A stretch of DNA of 27,730 bases from an uncultured Planctomycetia bacterium (lineage in GTDB: Bacteria > Omnitrophota > Gorgyraeia > Duberdicusellales > 4484-171), in NCBI GenBank assembly GCA_964492865.1, contig CAZBLX010000001.1, forward strand, positions 1 through 27,730, read 5' to 3'. The notes beneath the pieces are model-generated. The model searched no databases. It saw only the letters and a program-made list of their open reading frames with translations, and was not told where the DNA came from. Positions 10,401 through 22,400 of this stretch are shown piece by piece. The first letter of the stretch is position 1. The number at the start of each line of letters is the position of its first letter. The translations under genes were made by a program, and so were the position numbers.

Positions 10401-13400
10401 CAACAATTCCTTTGATAAACAGCGCCAAACCTTGGTGTATCGAGGGTTAATAAAAAGTTCAGCGAAAGAATCGCGGGATATTTCATATAATCTCTTTATA
10501 AAACTCTTATCTTCTTCCTCTAAAGAATTGCAATCTCTGACAAATTTAAAAAAATCATTTTTTGCTTTTTTCTGCCAAGGCTGAAATTCCATAAACCAAA
10601 TTACGCCTCTTTTAGCAGAAAGGTATATAGCATTACTCAAAGTATTTGGTCCACGAACTACTATGGGCAATTCGCATAGTGAAAACAACTCATCAAATCT
10701 CTCTTTTTCTAAAGTTGTAGGAATAGAGATTACACTTATCTTATGACCTGTCGTTTTTGGAGAGATTTTAATACCAAAAATCGTTTCCCAAGGAACTTCA
10801 TAAACATTATAGTTACCTTTCTCAACCAAATTTTTAAATGTCTCATACTCATCAAAACCCCCTTTTCCAACTCTAAACACAAAAATAGTTAAATCCTCGT
10901 CTTTAAACTCCCTACTGCTTTCTCTTGCCTTCTCCAATGCGGAAAAATAAATCTCATACATTGAAAAATAAGCAAAACTATAAATCACACCCCATTTACT
11001 TTTTGTCAATTTATCTAATTCTTTGTCCTCAAGAGAAGGTAATAATTTTTCTAATAATTCCTTTTTTCTTTCTTTAATCTTCTTAGCCCCTTTAGGTAAG
11101 CTGTCTACCTTTTTCATAAATTCCTCATCTACAGGAGCTACCCCTACACATTTCTGACCAAATCCCCAGCTTAGGATACTATTTGAACTTCTCTCTTCAA
11201 AATAAGAAGACCCCTCAATTCCAAACTCATAGAGTTCAATTACCGGAGCTTCTTTCTCCAGTTTCGAAATAAAAGGCGAAATAATTTGTTCGTTTAGATC
11301 AATAGAAGCTGGTCTATAAACAATAATAAGAGAAACAGCTGAAGGCTTTAAGATTTCTTCCTTCATATATTGCCACGTATCTTTTGCATTTAACCAGATA
11401 AATTCCACATCTTCTGTGCTGAAAGTTTTTTTGTCAATGAAAGTTGCTTTCTTTATTTCTTTTATCAAATTTGATTTTAGAGCTTCTGAGATCGACGACA
11501 TTCTTAAGGCAGATATAAAATCATCACGGTTATGAAGTATCACTTTAATTTCTTTTTCAGAATAAATCTTTCTTAACATTTTTATAGTATTCAATATAAA
11601 TGGTATATCTCCACTTCCTCCTAACCATGATACAGGAGGAACGATAAAAACAATCTTTTTAAAATCCCTTTCTGATAAACTTTTTTCAATTTCTTCTCGG
11701 ATAAACATTGTCTTAAAAGATTTGAGTGCTTCCTTATTATCGTGCTTTTTCTTTTCTCCAAACGATTTTAAAACTCCTTTATAAAGATTAAAAATATAGT
11801 GACTACTACTAACTTTCTCTGCTGCCTCTTCTAAAACTTCCAAAGCTTTCCTGTCAAGAGGAGATACAGAGCTTTTAACTATAGAACTCAGCATCATAGC
11901 TATTACATCACGATATTTTCCTAAAGGATATTCTTCTAAAAAATCTCTTAAGGTAAAAATAACACTTTTACTAATGCAATTTGGATAAAACTCAATGAAG
12001 TGTAATAGACGACTTTCTGCTATGTGATAGGTAAATATATTTAAATTTTTTGTTTTAAGTAAACTAATAAGAAAAAGAATCTTTAACGGGAGAGGTTTTT
12101 TTTCTAAAATCTCTTCTATGGAATGTAATTGCCTCCGATATAACTCTGTATCTATATCTTCTATCTTCAATTTCTTTAGCTTCCCTATCTCTCTCAATAA
12201 TATTTCTCTTTCTTCCTCTCCGAAATATTTACGATAAATTTCTACAAATTCATCCAAATCATTAGGAATAATATTAAAAGTATCCTTAGAGAAATTGAGG
12301 CAATTTTCTTCTACTCCTTTCCCTCCATCATAATTATTCCCTCTAAATCTTTCTCGTATTTGTTCAAAAGAAAGTTCAGGATTTTCCTCAAGCATATAAG
12401 CAACACTTATAGCAACCCGAGGTGCAAGAAATGAATTTCCAACTCTTTTTTCTCCTTTAAATTCAACCTCTCCATAACGATTATCAAAATACAGTATATG
12501 AGCATCTTTTTCCTCATAGATTATTTTTTCTTTATTAATTTCTCTACTTACAGCAAGAACCTCTTTAAATGCAGCAGGATAACTTATCCTTCCATAAGCA
12601 TATTCATTGTTAGCAGCTGCAATTATTATTACGCCTTTTCGATAAAGTTCCTTAATAATCCTATGAACACTTTCCCATTTTTGTGGATCAGGATTGCTGT
12701 GTCCAGCAGTAATTACAACTATTACTCTTTTTCCAGATTTTTCAACATAATCTTTTATGATTAATAATGCTTCATTAAGAGAATCAACATATTCTTTTTC
12801 TGAGGCACATATTGTCCTAACGCGAATACTTCCTAACTCAAATAAACTCTTCTTAAGAATTTCCTCTACAATCTCAGCATGTTCCTCATTATCTCCTCTT
12901 ACATTGATAATCGCTACACTACCCTCTTTATGTCGAAGCCATTTAATTTGATTAATATTGCTTAATGATGCGGGTTGATGAATTTTTATGCTTGGTTTTC
13001 TTACATTTTTAAAGAATAATCTACAAAACAAAAATTTGGTGAATACAATAAAGATAATCTTTCTTAAAAACAAAAAAACTTGTTTTAAACTGTGGACAAA
13101 AGATGGGAAGAAGGAACTGAAAGAGATTATCTTAGCTAAAAGATTCTTCAAGAATGTTGTTAACTTTAAAGGCGGGGCTCTCAAAAAGAAATTTTTAAGG
13201 TAAATTAATAATAATCTTTTGAAAGAATAACTGGTTAAGAATTTGCTCCTTTCCTTTCTTGAAAATCTTAACCAATCGGTTATTATAAATGCAAATATAT
13301 TTTCCTTGACAGAGTTATATAAATATGTTATAGTTTGTTTGCCATGCCTGCCAATGTTAAACAAATAATTCAGGATTTGATTATCCCTGAGTTTAGAACT

Positions 13401-16400
13401 CTTTCTGCTGAAATTAAAAGATTGGATGAGAAGGTTGAGAACGTAAGAAGTGAATTTGAAGAAAAGTTTAAGAGATTGGATGAGAAGATTGAAAGTATAA
13501 GAAATGAGTTTGAAGCTAACTTTAGAAGGATTGATTCTGAAATTGATCTCCTTAAAGAAGAAATTAAGTTTTTGCGTGAAGAAATAAAGATTTCTATAAA
13601 CATTCATGAAAGACTTGCCGCACTTGAGGCAAAAATAAACAAATGAATTTTTGAATGAAATATTAGACTCCTTATCGAACAAACCACCATCATTCTTTCT
13701 ATCTTGGCTATTTTTAATCTCATCAGCAGTAAATAAGTCTTGAGATATATTTTCTTTTCTTGTTATTCTCTTAGCCTTTTGAATTCTGCCTCTTATCTTA
13801 CTACCAAAATTATCGATGTGTAGAGAAAGTAGATAACTAATTAAAAGAACCACTATTCCTGACTCTAAACCTAATGGTGCCATTATCCAAAGAGGTAAAT
13901 CGCCAGTATATCCTGTCAAATTCAACAAAGCGTATACTCCTGCTTTAAAATCTCCATAGTTTATTAACTTAAAGGCAGTACAGAAAGCAAGGGAGGCAAC
14001 ATAAATTACTTGCAACATTCCTATTCCGACTATCCAATAGTTATCAGTCCTTTTGCCTCTTCTAACTAACCAGAAACCTAATGTAGCATTATAAATGTTT
14101 GGCACAAAATTATTCAAAATCAAACCTAACTGTTTTGGTAAAGCAAAAGGTAAAATTGGCTGTTCAAGACGAACATATCTAACGGAAAAATCAGGAATAC
14201 TCTCTCTTTCAACAAAAGGAAGATATCTTGTTATAACTCCTCCTGGGTCCAGCCAAGATGGACAACGCACTTTATCTAACACATAATCAGGAAAGGTGAG
14301 GGTATTAAAAAGAGCATGAAGAAGTTCATGAGGTAAACTTATCAATATACACAAAGGTGAAAGCCCTGCTATCAGCATACCTAAAATTGTTTTAACTCCG
14401 CGCCGATCTGGAGGAAAAATCTCAATCATTCTTTGGTCTAAGTAGTTTAAGCAGTTCTTGGCAGAGTTAAAAAGACCTTTAATTACTGAGTAAAGAGAAT
14501 TGAATTCAAAATTTCTCTTTCTTCCTCCATCATTTCCTAAATTATTTAATAAGAAAAGTCGTTTTCTTTCTAATTCACTTAATTTCAATTCTTTTTCTCT
14601 AATCTCTTGTTCTGATTTTTCCAAAATTTTATTTCCTTTCCCTTTAATTACCTCAATAATAACACAAAACATTTTGTGAACTTTTCTCCTTATTTTCTTG
14701 ACAGATAAATATGTTATAGTTTGTTTGCCATGCCTGCCAATGTTAAACAAATAATTCAGGATTTGATTATCCCTGAGTTTAGAACTCTTTCTGCTGAAAT
14801 TAAAAGGAGTGTTCTGGAGTATTTTTAAAAGTTCTGATTTAAATAATTTCCTTCCTCCATCAACTTTATCTGCTGCTATCTTAAAAGACCCCAAATAAAT
14901 ACATTCAACAACATCACTAAACCTTCTGCCCCTTCCAAATGTCCTTTCACTTAATTCTTGTTCTGCCTTCTCATATGGTATACTCTTCTCCTTAGAAAGA
15001 TTACTTATTGCCCTTTGCCAGTAGATTCTGGAATATCTGTATAGTTCGGGTTTTACATAGATCTTTTCAATATATTTTAAAGGTATCTCTATGGGATTCC
15101 ATTCCCTATCATGAATTACCAGATTAGTTTTTCCATCTCCACTATTGTCCGTAATATCAAGATTCCTGAAGTCATTAAGCAGCTCTTTAGTATTTATGAT
15201 AGCAAGCGCTCCCCCCTCCTCAGCAAATTTTAATGGATTTTCCAGATTTCTTCCGATATAAACCCCTTCACCATATGCCTGAACAACTGAAACCTCTGTC
15301 TTATATTTCTCTCTTACCATGGAACCAGATTTTAAAGCCTTGTCTTCTAGGATACCCAATAAATTAATAATTATCGGTAAGTTTTCTCCTGCTGAAATTC
15401 TAATAGTTTTGGCTTTTGTCAAAGAAATACCATGCAGAGCAATATCATCCGGAACCTCGCCATTCTCCAGAAAGTTTTTCAATACTTCTCTGCCATAGTT
15501 CCTACTCTGCAGGAAGTTATAGATTTTATTTATTGTAAAGATCTCCTCAACGTCAGGGTATTTTTTGCATACTGGAGGTAAATCATCTAAATTCTTCTCA
15601 ATTATTGCTCTTAATTTTATCCGCAGATCGGACAGATTCATATATGGCGCTATCGTCCTGACGAGTTTTATCGTATCCTCTATATTCCAGTTTCCTCTTT
15701 CGGCAACATCCGTGACAAGTTTATTCAGATTTGTGCTTAATTTCTTAAGGATACTATCTCTTAGGAATTCGGGTAACTCCAAACCTATACCAAAACTTTG
15801 CCTTAATGCCTTTGAATAGATAAGTGAATCTTCCTCATCTAATTTCAACTCACCCAATGCCTTAGCTCTTACGAAACGAATAGCATCCGCCAGAACTATC
15901 TCTGCAACAGAATACTCAACAGCTGAGAAAGGATGAGGTCTTTCAGGATCAAATATTGAATCTATACCGGAATATATCTTAACTATACCATTCTTTGCAT
16001 AAACTATTGAATTATCTGGATCATAGACCTCAAATCTTTTATTGATTGAATTATAAAATATCTGGATTGCATTTATTCCCAGATCACTCCTGCTTATTGC
16101 GGATGTCTCACCTCTTATATCACCAATCTTCATAGAATTTGAAATTTTTCTAATAACCTTTTCTATTTCCTCAATATTCCTCTCGATAATATCCAAAGGC
16201 AGATATTTACCAAGATATTCATTTATCTTTTCCCTTCTTCTTCTATATAACTCCTCCAGTGCCTCTGGTTCAAATCTCTTTATCTTGTCTTCAAGATCAT
16301 CAAGAATTGATGGAATTGTTATTCTTTCTTCTTTTATCTCCAGTAATGTATTTTTAAACTCCTCGTCTTTAAATCTATCAGCGAATTCTTTTAAAGGAAT

Positions 16401-19400
16401 ATCAATTTTCCTTAAAACGTTATCAAAGTCATGATCCTCATATCTATCAAGTTTGCCAAGAAATACTAAAAGCATGTTTCTTGCAGTTCCAGATGTAATC
16501 CCTATCTCCCATCCATCCTCACTCATCTCTTTAATTCTTTCCAAAACTTCGCTCACCTCTTTAGGAACTCTATCCGAATTCAACCACTCCTCAAATTCTG
16601 CCTTAATTGCATCATTTTCCTCTTCCACTCTTTTTCTCTCTTTTAAAACATCATCTATACTTTTCTCCTGCTTAGCTATCTCAACCAAAGTCTTGCCCCA
16701 AATTCCCTTTTCCAAAGCCTTTTCTATTGTTTTTTTATCTCCTATCCTGAGAGCTTCTCTTATTTTGTCAACCCTGTATGGGGTCAGTTGTCCATGTATA
16801 TAACCCAGATTCGTTGCCTCCTCACCGTATTCAAGATAATCCATTAGATAGACCGGAAACTCTACTCTGTTCAGGCTCCATATGGATTCGTTATTTACCG
16901 GTTTTATTTCTTCTCTTATTAATTTATCCAAAACCTCTAATTCTCTCTCTCTTTTGGAATCCTTCAGATACCTCACTACGGGAACTATCCAGGAGAATTT
17001 ATCTATATTCTTCCCTATTATCTCAAATGTCTTATCATCTGCGGTGAATCTATCCCAGATGTCTCCATATTTTATAATGCTTGTTACTATCCTATCTATC
17101 TCTATTCCCTCAGAAATTAACCTCTTTATCGCTCTTGCGAATAAATACTCCCCAGTTTTTTTATCTCTCTCAAGAACATAGTTTGCAATATCCTCATTTG
17201 ATTCTATGATGGCTAACACCCTTATGAGTTGCACTATAGCATCATTTCTTCTTTTTCTTGTCTCCTCATCCATTAGATTCAAATCGGCATTAAATTTCTC
17301 TATCTCCGGAATAACTATGTCTTTATACAACTTTCTCGTTGGGACGCCCTTCAGTATATTCTTGAATGATAACAAACCCATATATTTTAGAAATTTGTCA
17401 TCCAATTCCCACAGCAGGATATACTTTAGATCTTCTAATGATAAAGTGCTCGTATCAATATTTTCGTATTTATCAAGTTTTGATATATCAAAGAATGCTG
17501 GTTCTCTCATGTAGTTTTCAAAAAACTCACTTGCATTAAGTAGACCGAATATCTTGATAAAATTGATGAAATTTGGATTTACTCCAACAGTCTGTGTCAT
17601 TAATACAAAACCAGTAAATGTTCTGGAAATTGCAGAAGTTATTTCCTCCTTATCACTCACTTCTTCTATATATTTCATACCATTAATGAAGGTTCCGGGA
17701 GCTTTTACGAGCATTTTTCTCGCCTCGCGGAAACGAAGCCAATCTCGCAATACCCTTAATCCTGCTAAACCAATATATCTGGCAATCTTTCCAAGACAGA
17801 GAATATACAGAATATCGAAGAAATTTATCCCTTCTACAGAATATCTTGAAGAGATATAAAATGCGAAATCTATCTCTTCCTTGCCGGCTTCTCTCAGTAT
17901 AGAATCTAAGATTTTAATAAAGTCTTCTTCCTGCAGATCTTTTTGTATATTCTGAACAATTTCTCTTATGTACTTCATATACTTCGGATCACCATCCAAA
18001 GAAGCACATATCGCCTCCATCCTCAACTTTTTATTGAATTCCACTAAATCAGAACGTTTTCTAAATAACTGTATTACTCTTACAAACTCGGGGTACCTTC
18101 CAAATAGCTGTATTGTTCCTACAAATCCATATGGATATCTTAAGGATTTCTCTATATCTTCATCATCAAATTCCCTTAAGTATTTGATACCATCAAGGAA
18201 ACTTTTTAAATCCTCTTTAATCTCCTCTATTGGACATCTGAATATTATATGTAGTTTATACACTCTTGTTAATTTTATTCCATTAATAATGTCTACAAAG
18301 TTGGGAAGTTTCTTAATAGAATTTAGTAGCTCTGATAACCACCATAAACTATAATCACTGTTGCTGAATGCTGTTCTCACATCTTCTGGATTATTCTTAA
18401 CAATATTTATGAATTCTGGAGTGATATCCTTGATGGCAGATATAATTCTATAAAACTCTGATCCCTGATTCTTGAGAATATTCCAGATAATATCCTCACC
18501 CAACATCAGCAAAGCATCAAAGGCATCAAGTAATTCCATAAGTTTTTCTGTGCATTTTAATCCTGACATAAACTCATTAATTGCCTGCCTGAATTCTACA
18601 TTCTTAGATTCAAGTGCCTCTCTTACTTTCTCAATACCAAATCTATTGGCGAATATCAACATAATTAAATGTTCACTTATTCCCTCATCTCTTTCTTTAA
18701 ATCTCTCTCTGACATTTTCCTCAATCCTATTCCTATCTTTTCTTTCTATAACATCTCCGAATTTAAAGAATAACTCTACTGCTTTTTCTTGATAATTCTT
18801 TTTGTTGCTATTCACCCCAAGAATTATCAATCTGTAAATCAGCTCTTTAACTCTGTCAGTAAAACCCATGGGAGAGTAAAATTCCAGTCTACTGTCTGTC
18901 CAGTGATCTACGAAACCATCTATCCTCAAGATTGGGATTAGCAATTCAAGATGTCGCTTTACAAAATTTACCGACTCTTTATCTATAAAAATGCCGGGGG
19001 TTTCTCTAACTAAGTCACTTAAAAAGTTTCTCACTGTTTCATCTTCAATTCCATCCTCTATTCTTTCCACCAGTGCATCAGTAAGTATGGAATCGACCAC
19101 TGTGTTAAATGTTATTTCCTTTCCACTTTCTATCAATTCTCTAATTTTCTTTCTTATCTCATCATCACTTACCTCAAGTCTCTTCTTTAAGACCCACTTT
19201 TGCTTTAGTCTCTCCCTTATCCTAATGATGAGTCTTCTAATCTCCATCAACCTCTCTCTAATCTCCTCAATCCGCTCCTTCCTAACCCCCTCCCTCTCAA
19301 GTTTTCTCAGAACTCTATCTACATCTCTTGCCCTTTTCAAGTAGATTTCTGTAAGTATAGCTCTTGCTAATCTACCTCTCTCATCTTTTAAAGGTGAAGT

Positions 19401-22400
19401 CATAAGCAATTCAGCAATATTCTCATCACTTATACCCTCAACTCTCAATTCTTTTATCTTTTCTAATTGATACTCTTTTATCTCTGAAATGACATCTCTC
19501 TTTTTATTCTTGGTTTCTTCATGTATCTGAGATAGGCCCTTTAATGAGAAAGTTAACTTGCTTTGCTCTCCACCATCATTCTTTCTATCCTGGCTACTTT
19601 CCTCAATCTCATCAAGTAAAGTAAGCTCTTTATTTTTCCATCTTATCCCTATCCAAGAGGTATACTCTCCATCAATAACTTTGTAATTTTTCTCTAATAA
19701 CTTTTCTTTCACAAAATCTTCCCATTTTCCCTCTTTGCTTAAGTAATCTATATAAATCCTAAATAAAATACTTAACAATTCTCCTCCCTCTTCATTTCTT
19801 AAAAAAGTAGGCAAATCCTTAAGATGAAAGAAAATCGCCCATTTAGGAAAATCTTTTCTTAACCATAACTCCTCCATTATAAGTCTTTTCTTTTTTACTC
19901 TATATTGAGAAAATATTAATGTGTTTAAACCCGCTCCTTCAAAAATTAATCCTCCTTCTTTCACTATTCCACTTATAGAAGAAAGTATCTTGTAAGCTTG
20001 TTTGTGAGAATAATGCATTAATACATTAAAAATTCTTGCCCAATCAACTTTTTCTTTTTCCCAATTCTTATCTAAATCTCTCAAATCTGCTTTTATAAAT
20101 TCTAAATTATTCAATCCTTTTTCTTTTTTAACAACTTCATAGGGTTTAAAAATAATCTTCTTTTCTTCAAAAGAGTCACTTTCTGTTTCTTTTTCATCAA
20201 AAAATATAAGTTCTGCTAATTCTTCTCTATTCTCTATTACTTCCAAAAGAGAAAAGCTATCTTTTAGAACAGAGATCTTTAAAAAACCTATCAAATTTTT
20301 ATTTTCATCCTTTAAAACGATATAATCTCCTTTCTTTACTACTAAATAAGCTACTAAATAAGGAATAACTTTATCCACCCCATATACTTTAAGTTGAGGA
20401 AATTTTTCCGCAAATTCAACAGTAGTAAAAGGGGTGGGTAATCCTGTTTTTCTATCCCAAGCCATACCTATTCCCAAATCAGCAAAAGCTCCTTTTTGAG
20501 GAGAAAATCTTTTCCTAAACCAGTCATCAAAATCTTTAAGTCTTTTCGGATAGGTAGTTAGAGGAATACCTCCATCTGAATTTATCCTTCTCCATTTATG
20601 AAAATAAATAAAAGGACGGCGAGAAATCTCTTTCTCTATACGCCTGCGATAATGAGAAAAGCCTTTCTCCTTTATAATTTGCTTAATATCCTGCCAAGAG
20701 ACATCTCCATACAAATACCAAAGATTAAGATAAACTTGTTTTCTCTCTTCATCTCCCAAGAATTTCAACCATTCCAAAACTTTTCTACTTTTTACTTTTT
20801 CTCTTATCATCTTAACCACACCTATCTTCTCTAAATCGTATAGAATTTTTACTTCTCTTCTATCTAATAGCTCTTCACAAATAATATCTTTTTCTCCAAA
20901 TAATCTTCTCAAAATCTTCTCTATCCTCGTATTTATCTTTCTTCCTCTCTCTTTCTGTCTTAACCTTTCCTTCTCAGTTTTTTTCTTGTAGAATCCTTTA
21001 TCTCTCTCTATACAAGCTTTTGTTTTCCTTTCTATCTTCTTCTCTCTTCTGCTTTTCTGCCGACTCTTTCCTTTTTTTCTGGTAAAAAACCTTTTTCCTT
21101 TTTGTAAAGACAAAATCTCTCCTTGAGGAAGATGAGCAGAGATAAATTCTACCTCACCTTCTTGATTAAAAATCTCTACTTCTATCTCTCTATTAGCTAA
21201 CGCAGCTCTTTTAACTTTTTTACCAGCAAATCTTATAGTTCCCGTCTTTCCTACCCAGAATCTTTTAAGCAAAAGTTTTCCTTGAGAAAGTTTCTTTAAA
21301 GTTTCCTTAGATAATTTTTGATAAAACACGCCTATTAAATTATCTTCCTTCCAAATCTGAGCAAAGATTATCCTTTTCTGAGAAAGAAGAACTTCTATAG
21401 GCTTACCTTCATAAAGAAGAACATTTGCATTTTTATATCTAAACTCTCTTCCTAATTCTGCCCATATTCTACCTGCAAAGATAAGCTCTCCTCTTTTGCC
21501 TAAGAAAAGATTCTTAATAATAATCCATTTACTTTGAGTTAATATTTCTTTCCTGACACAAGGCAGTTTTAAAGCATCAATTAATAAAATATCTTCCTTC
21601 TTTACTCCTTTATTTAAACTTTCAAATTCCAAAGTTATTTTTTCTATTCTTTTTTTTCTTTTAAAACTTTCCCACAGCTTTTTTAATTGAGGATTTTTCA
21701 AAATAGCATTTCTTACTCTTGTTCTTGAAACTTTTAAATCCTTAGCAATTAAGGTGATTTTACCTTTTTTCTCTATAATCTTTTCCTCCAATCTCTTCTC
21801 AAAAATTCTCTTTTCTTTCTGAAATTGACCTTCTAAAATTTTTCTAAGTAACTTTTTCCCTTCTTCAGTAAGAGTAAAAAGGTATTTTTCTTTTCTTTCC
21901 ACTATTCCTTTTTTGATTAACCGCCACAGAGAAAGATATATATTTTCTCTCTTTCCTCCTAACACCTCTTTTACTTCTTTTCTTATTTCTCCCCAGGAGG
22001 TAATACCTTCAGAGATCAAATAAATAATAAATAGAGTTGACTTAGAATAATGAGTAAGCCTCTCTCTTTCTAACTCCTCTACCTTCTTGAAAAATTCTTT
22101 TCTCCTTTCTTCTCTATCTCTTCCTCCATCTAAATATTTCTCTCCATCATCTTTTTTCCTCTTTTTCTTTAAATATTCCTCAAACCGGGAAGAAGAAAAG
22201 AAATCTTCATAAAATTGTTCAGGAGAAATCTTCTCATCTTCATTCTCCAAATGCTTAATTTTCTCATCATCCTGCTTTTCTACTTTAAAATCCTCTGTTT
22301 CCCTTATCCATTCTTTTATTTTCTCATTCCATAAATATCTACCAGAAGAGACAGGAATTAAAATCTTTTGTCTTACCATCCACTCAAAACTAGGAATAAG

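Noticed and set aside
8641-10584. Plus-strand ORFs at 8641, 9353 and 10129
   Set aside because: Shadows of the giant frame. The repeat in the 8641 ORF just mirrors the 67-aa duplication.
12988-13203. Lys-rich 71-aa plus-strand ORF as a second nested gene
   Set aside because: It is in the same frame as many shadow ORFs, has no SD or promoter, and its Lys richness is explained by the F/L-rich giant frame. Not fully excluded, given the local skew flip.
15565-19344. Cluster of 84-128-aa plus-strand ORFs
   Set aside because: They have typical S/F/L/I-rich antisense-shadow composition. Used only as a sign of shifted codon usage.
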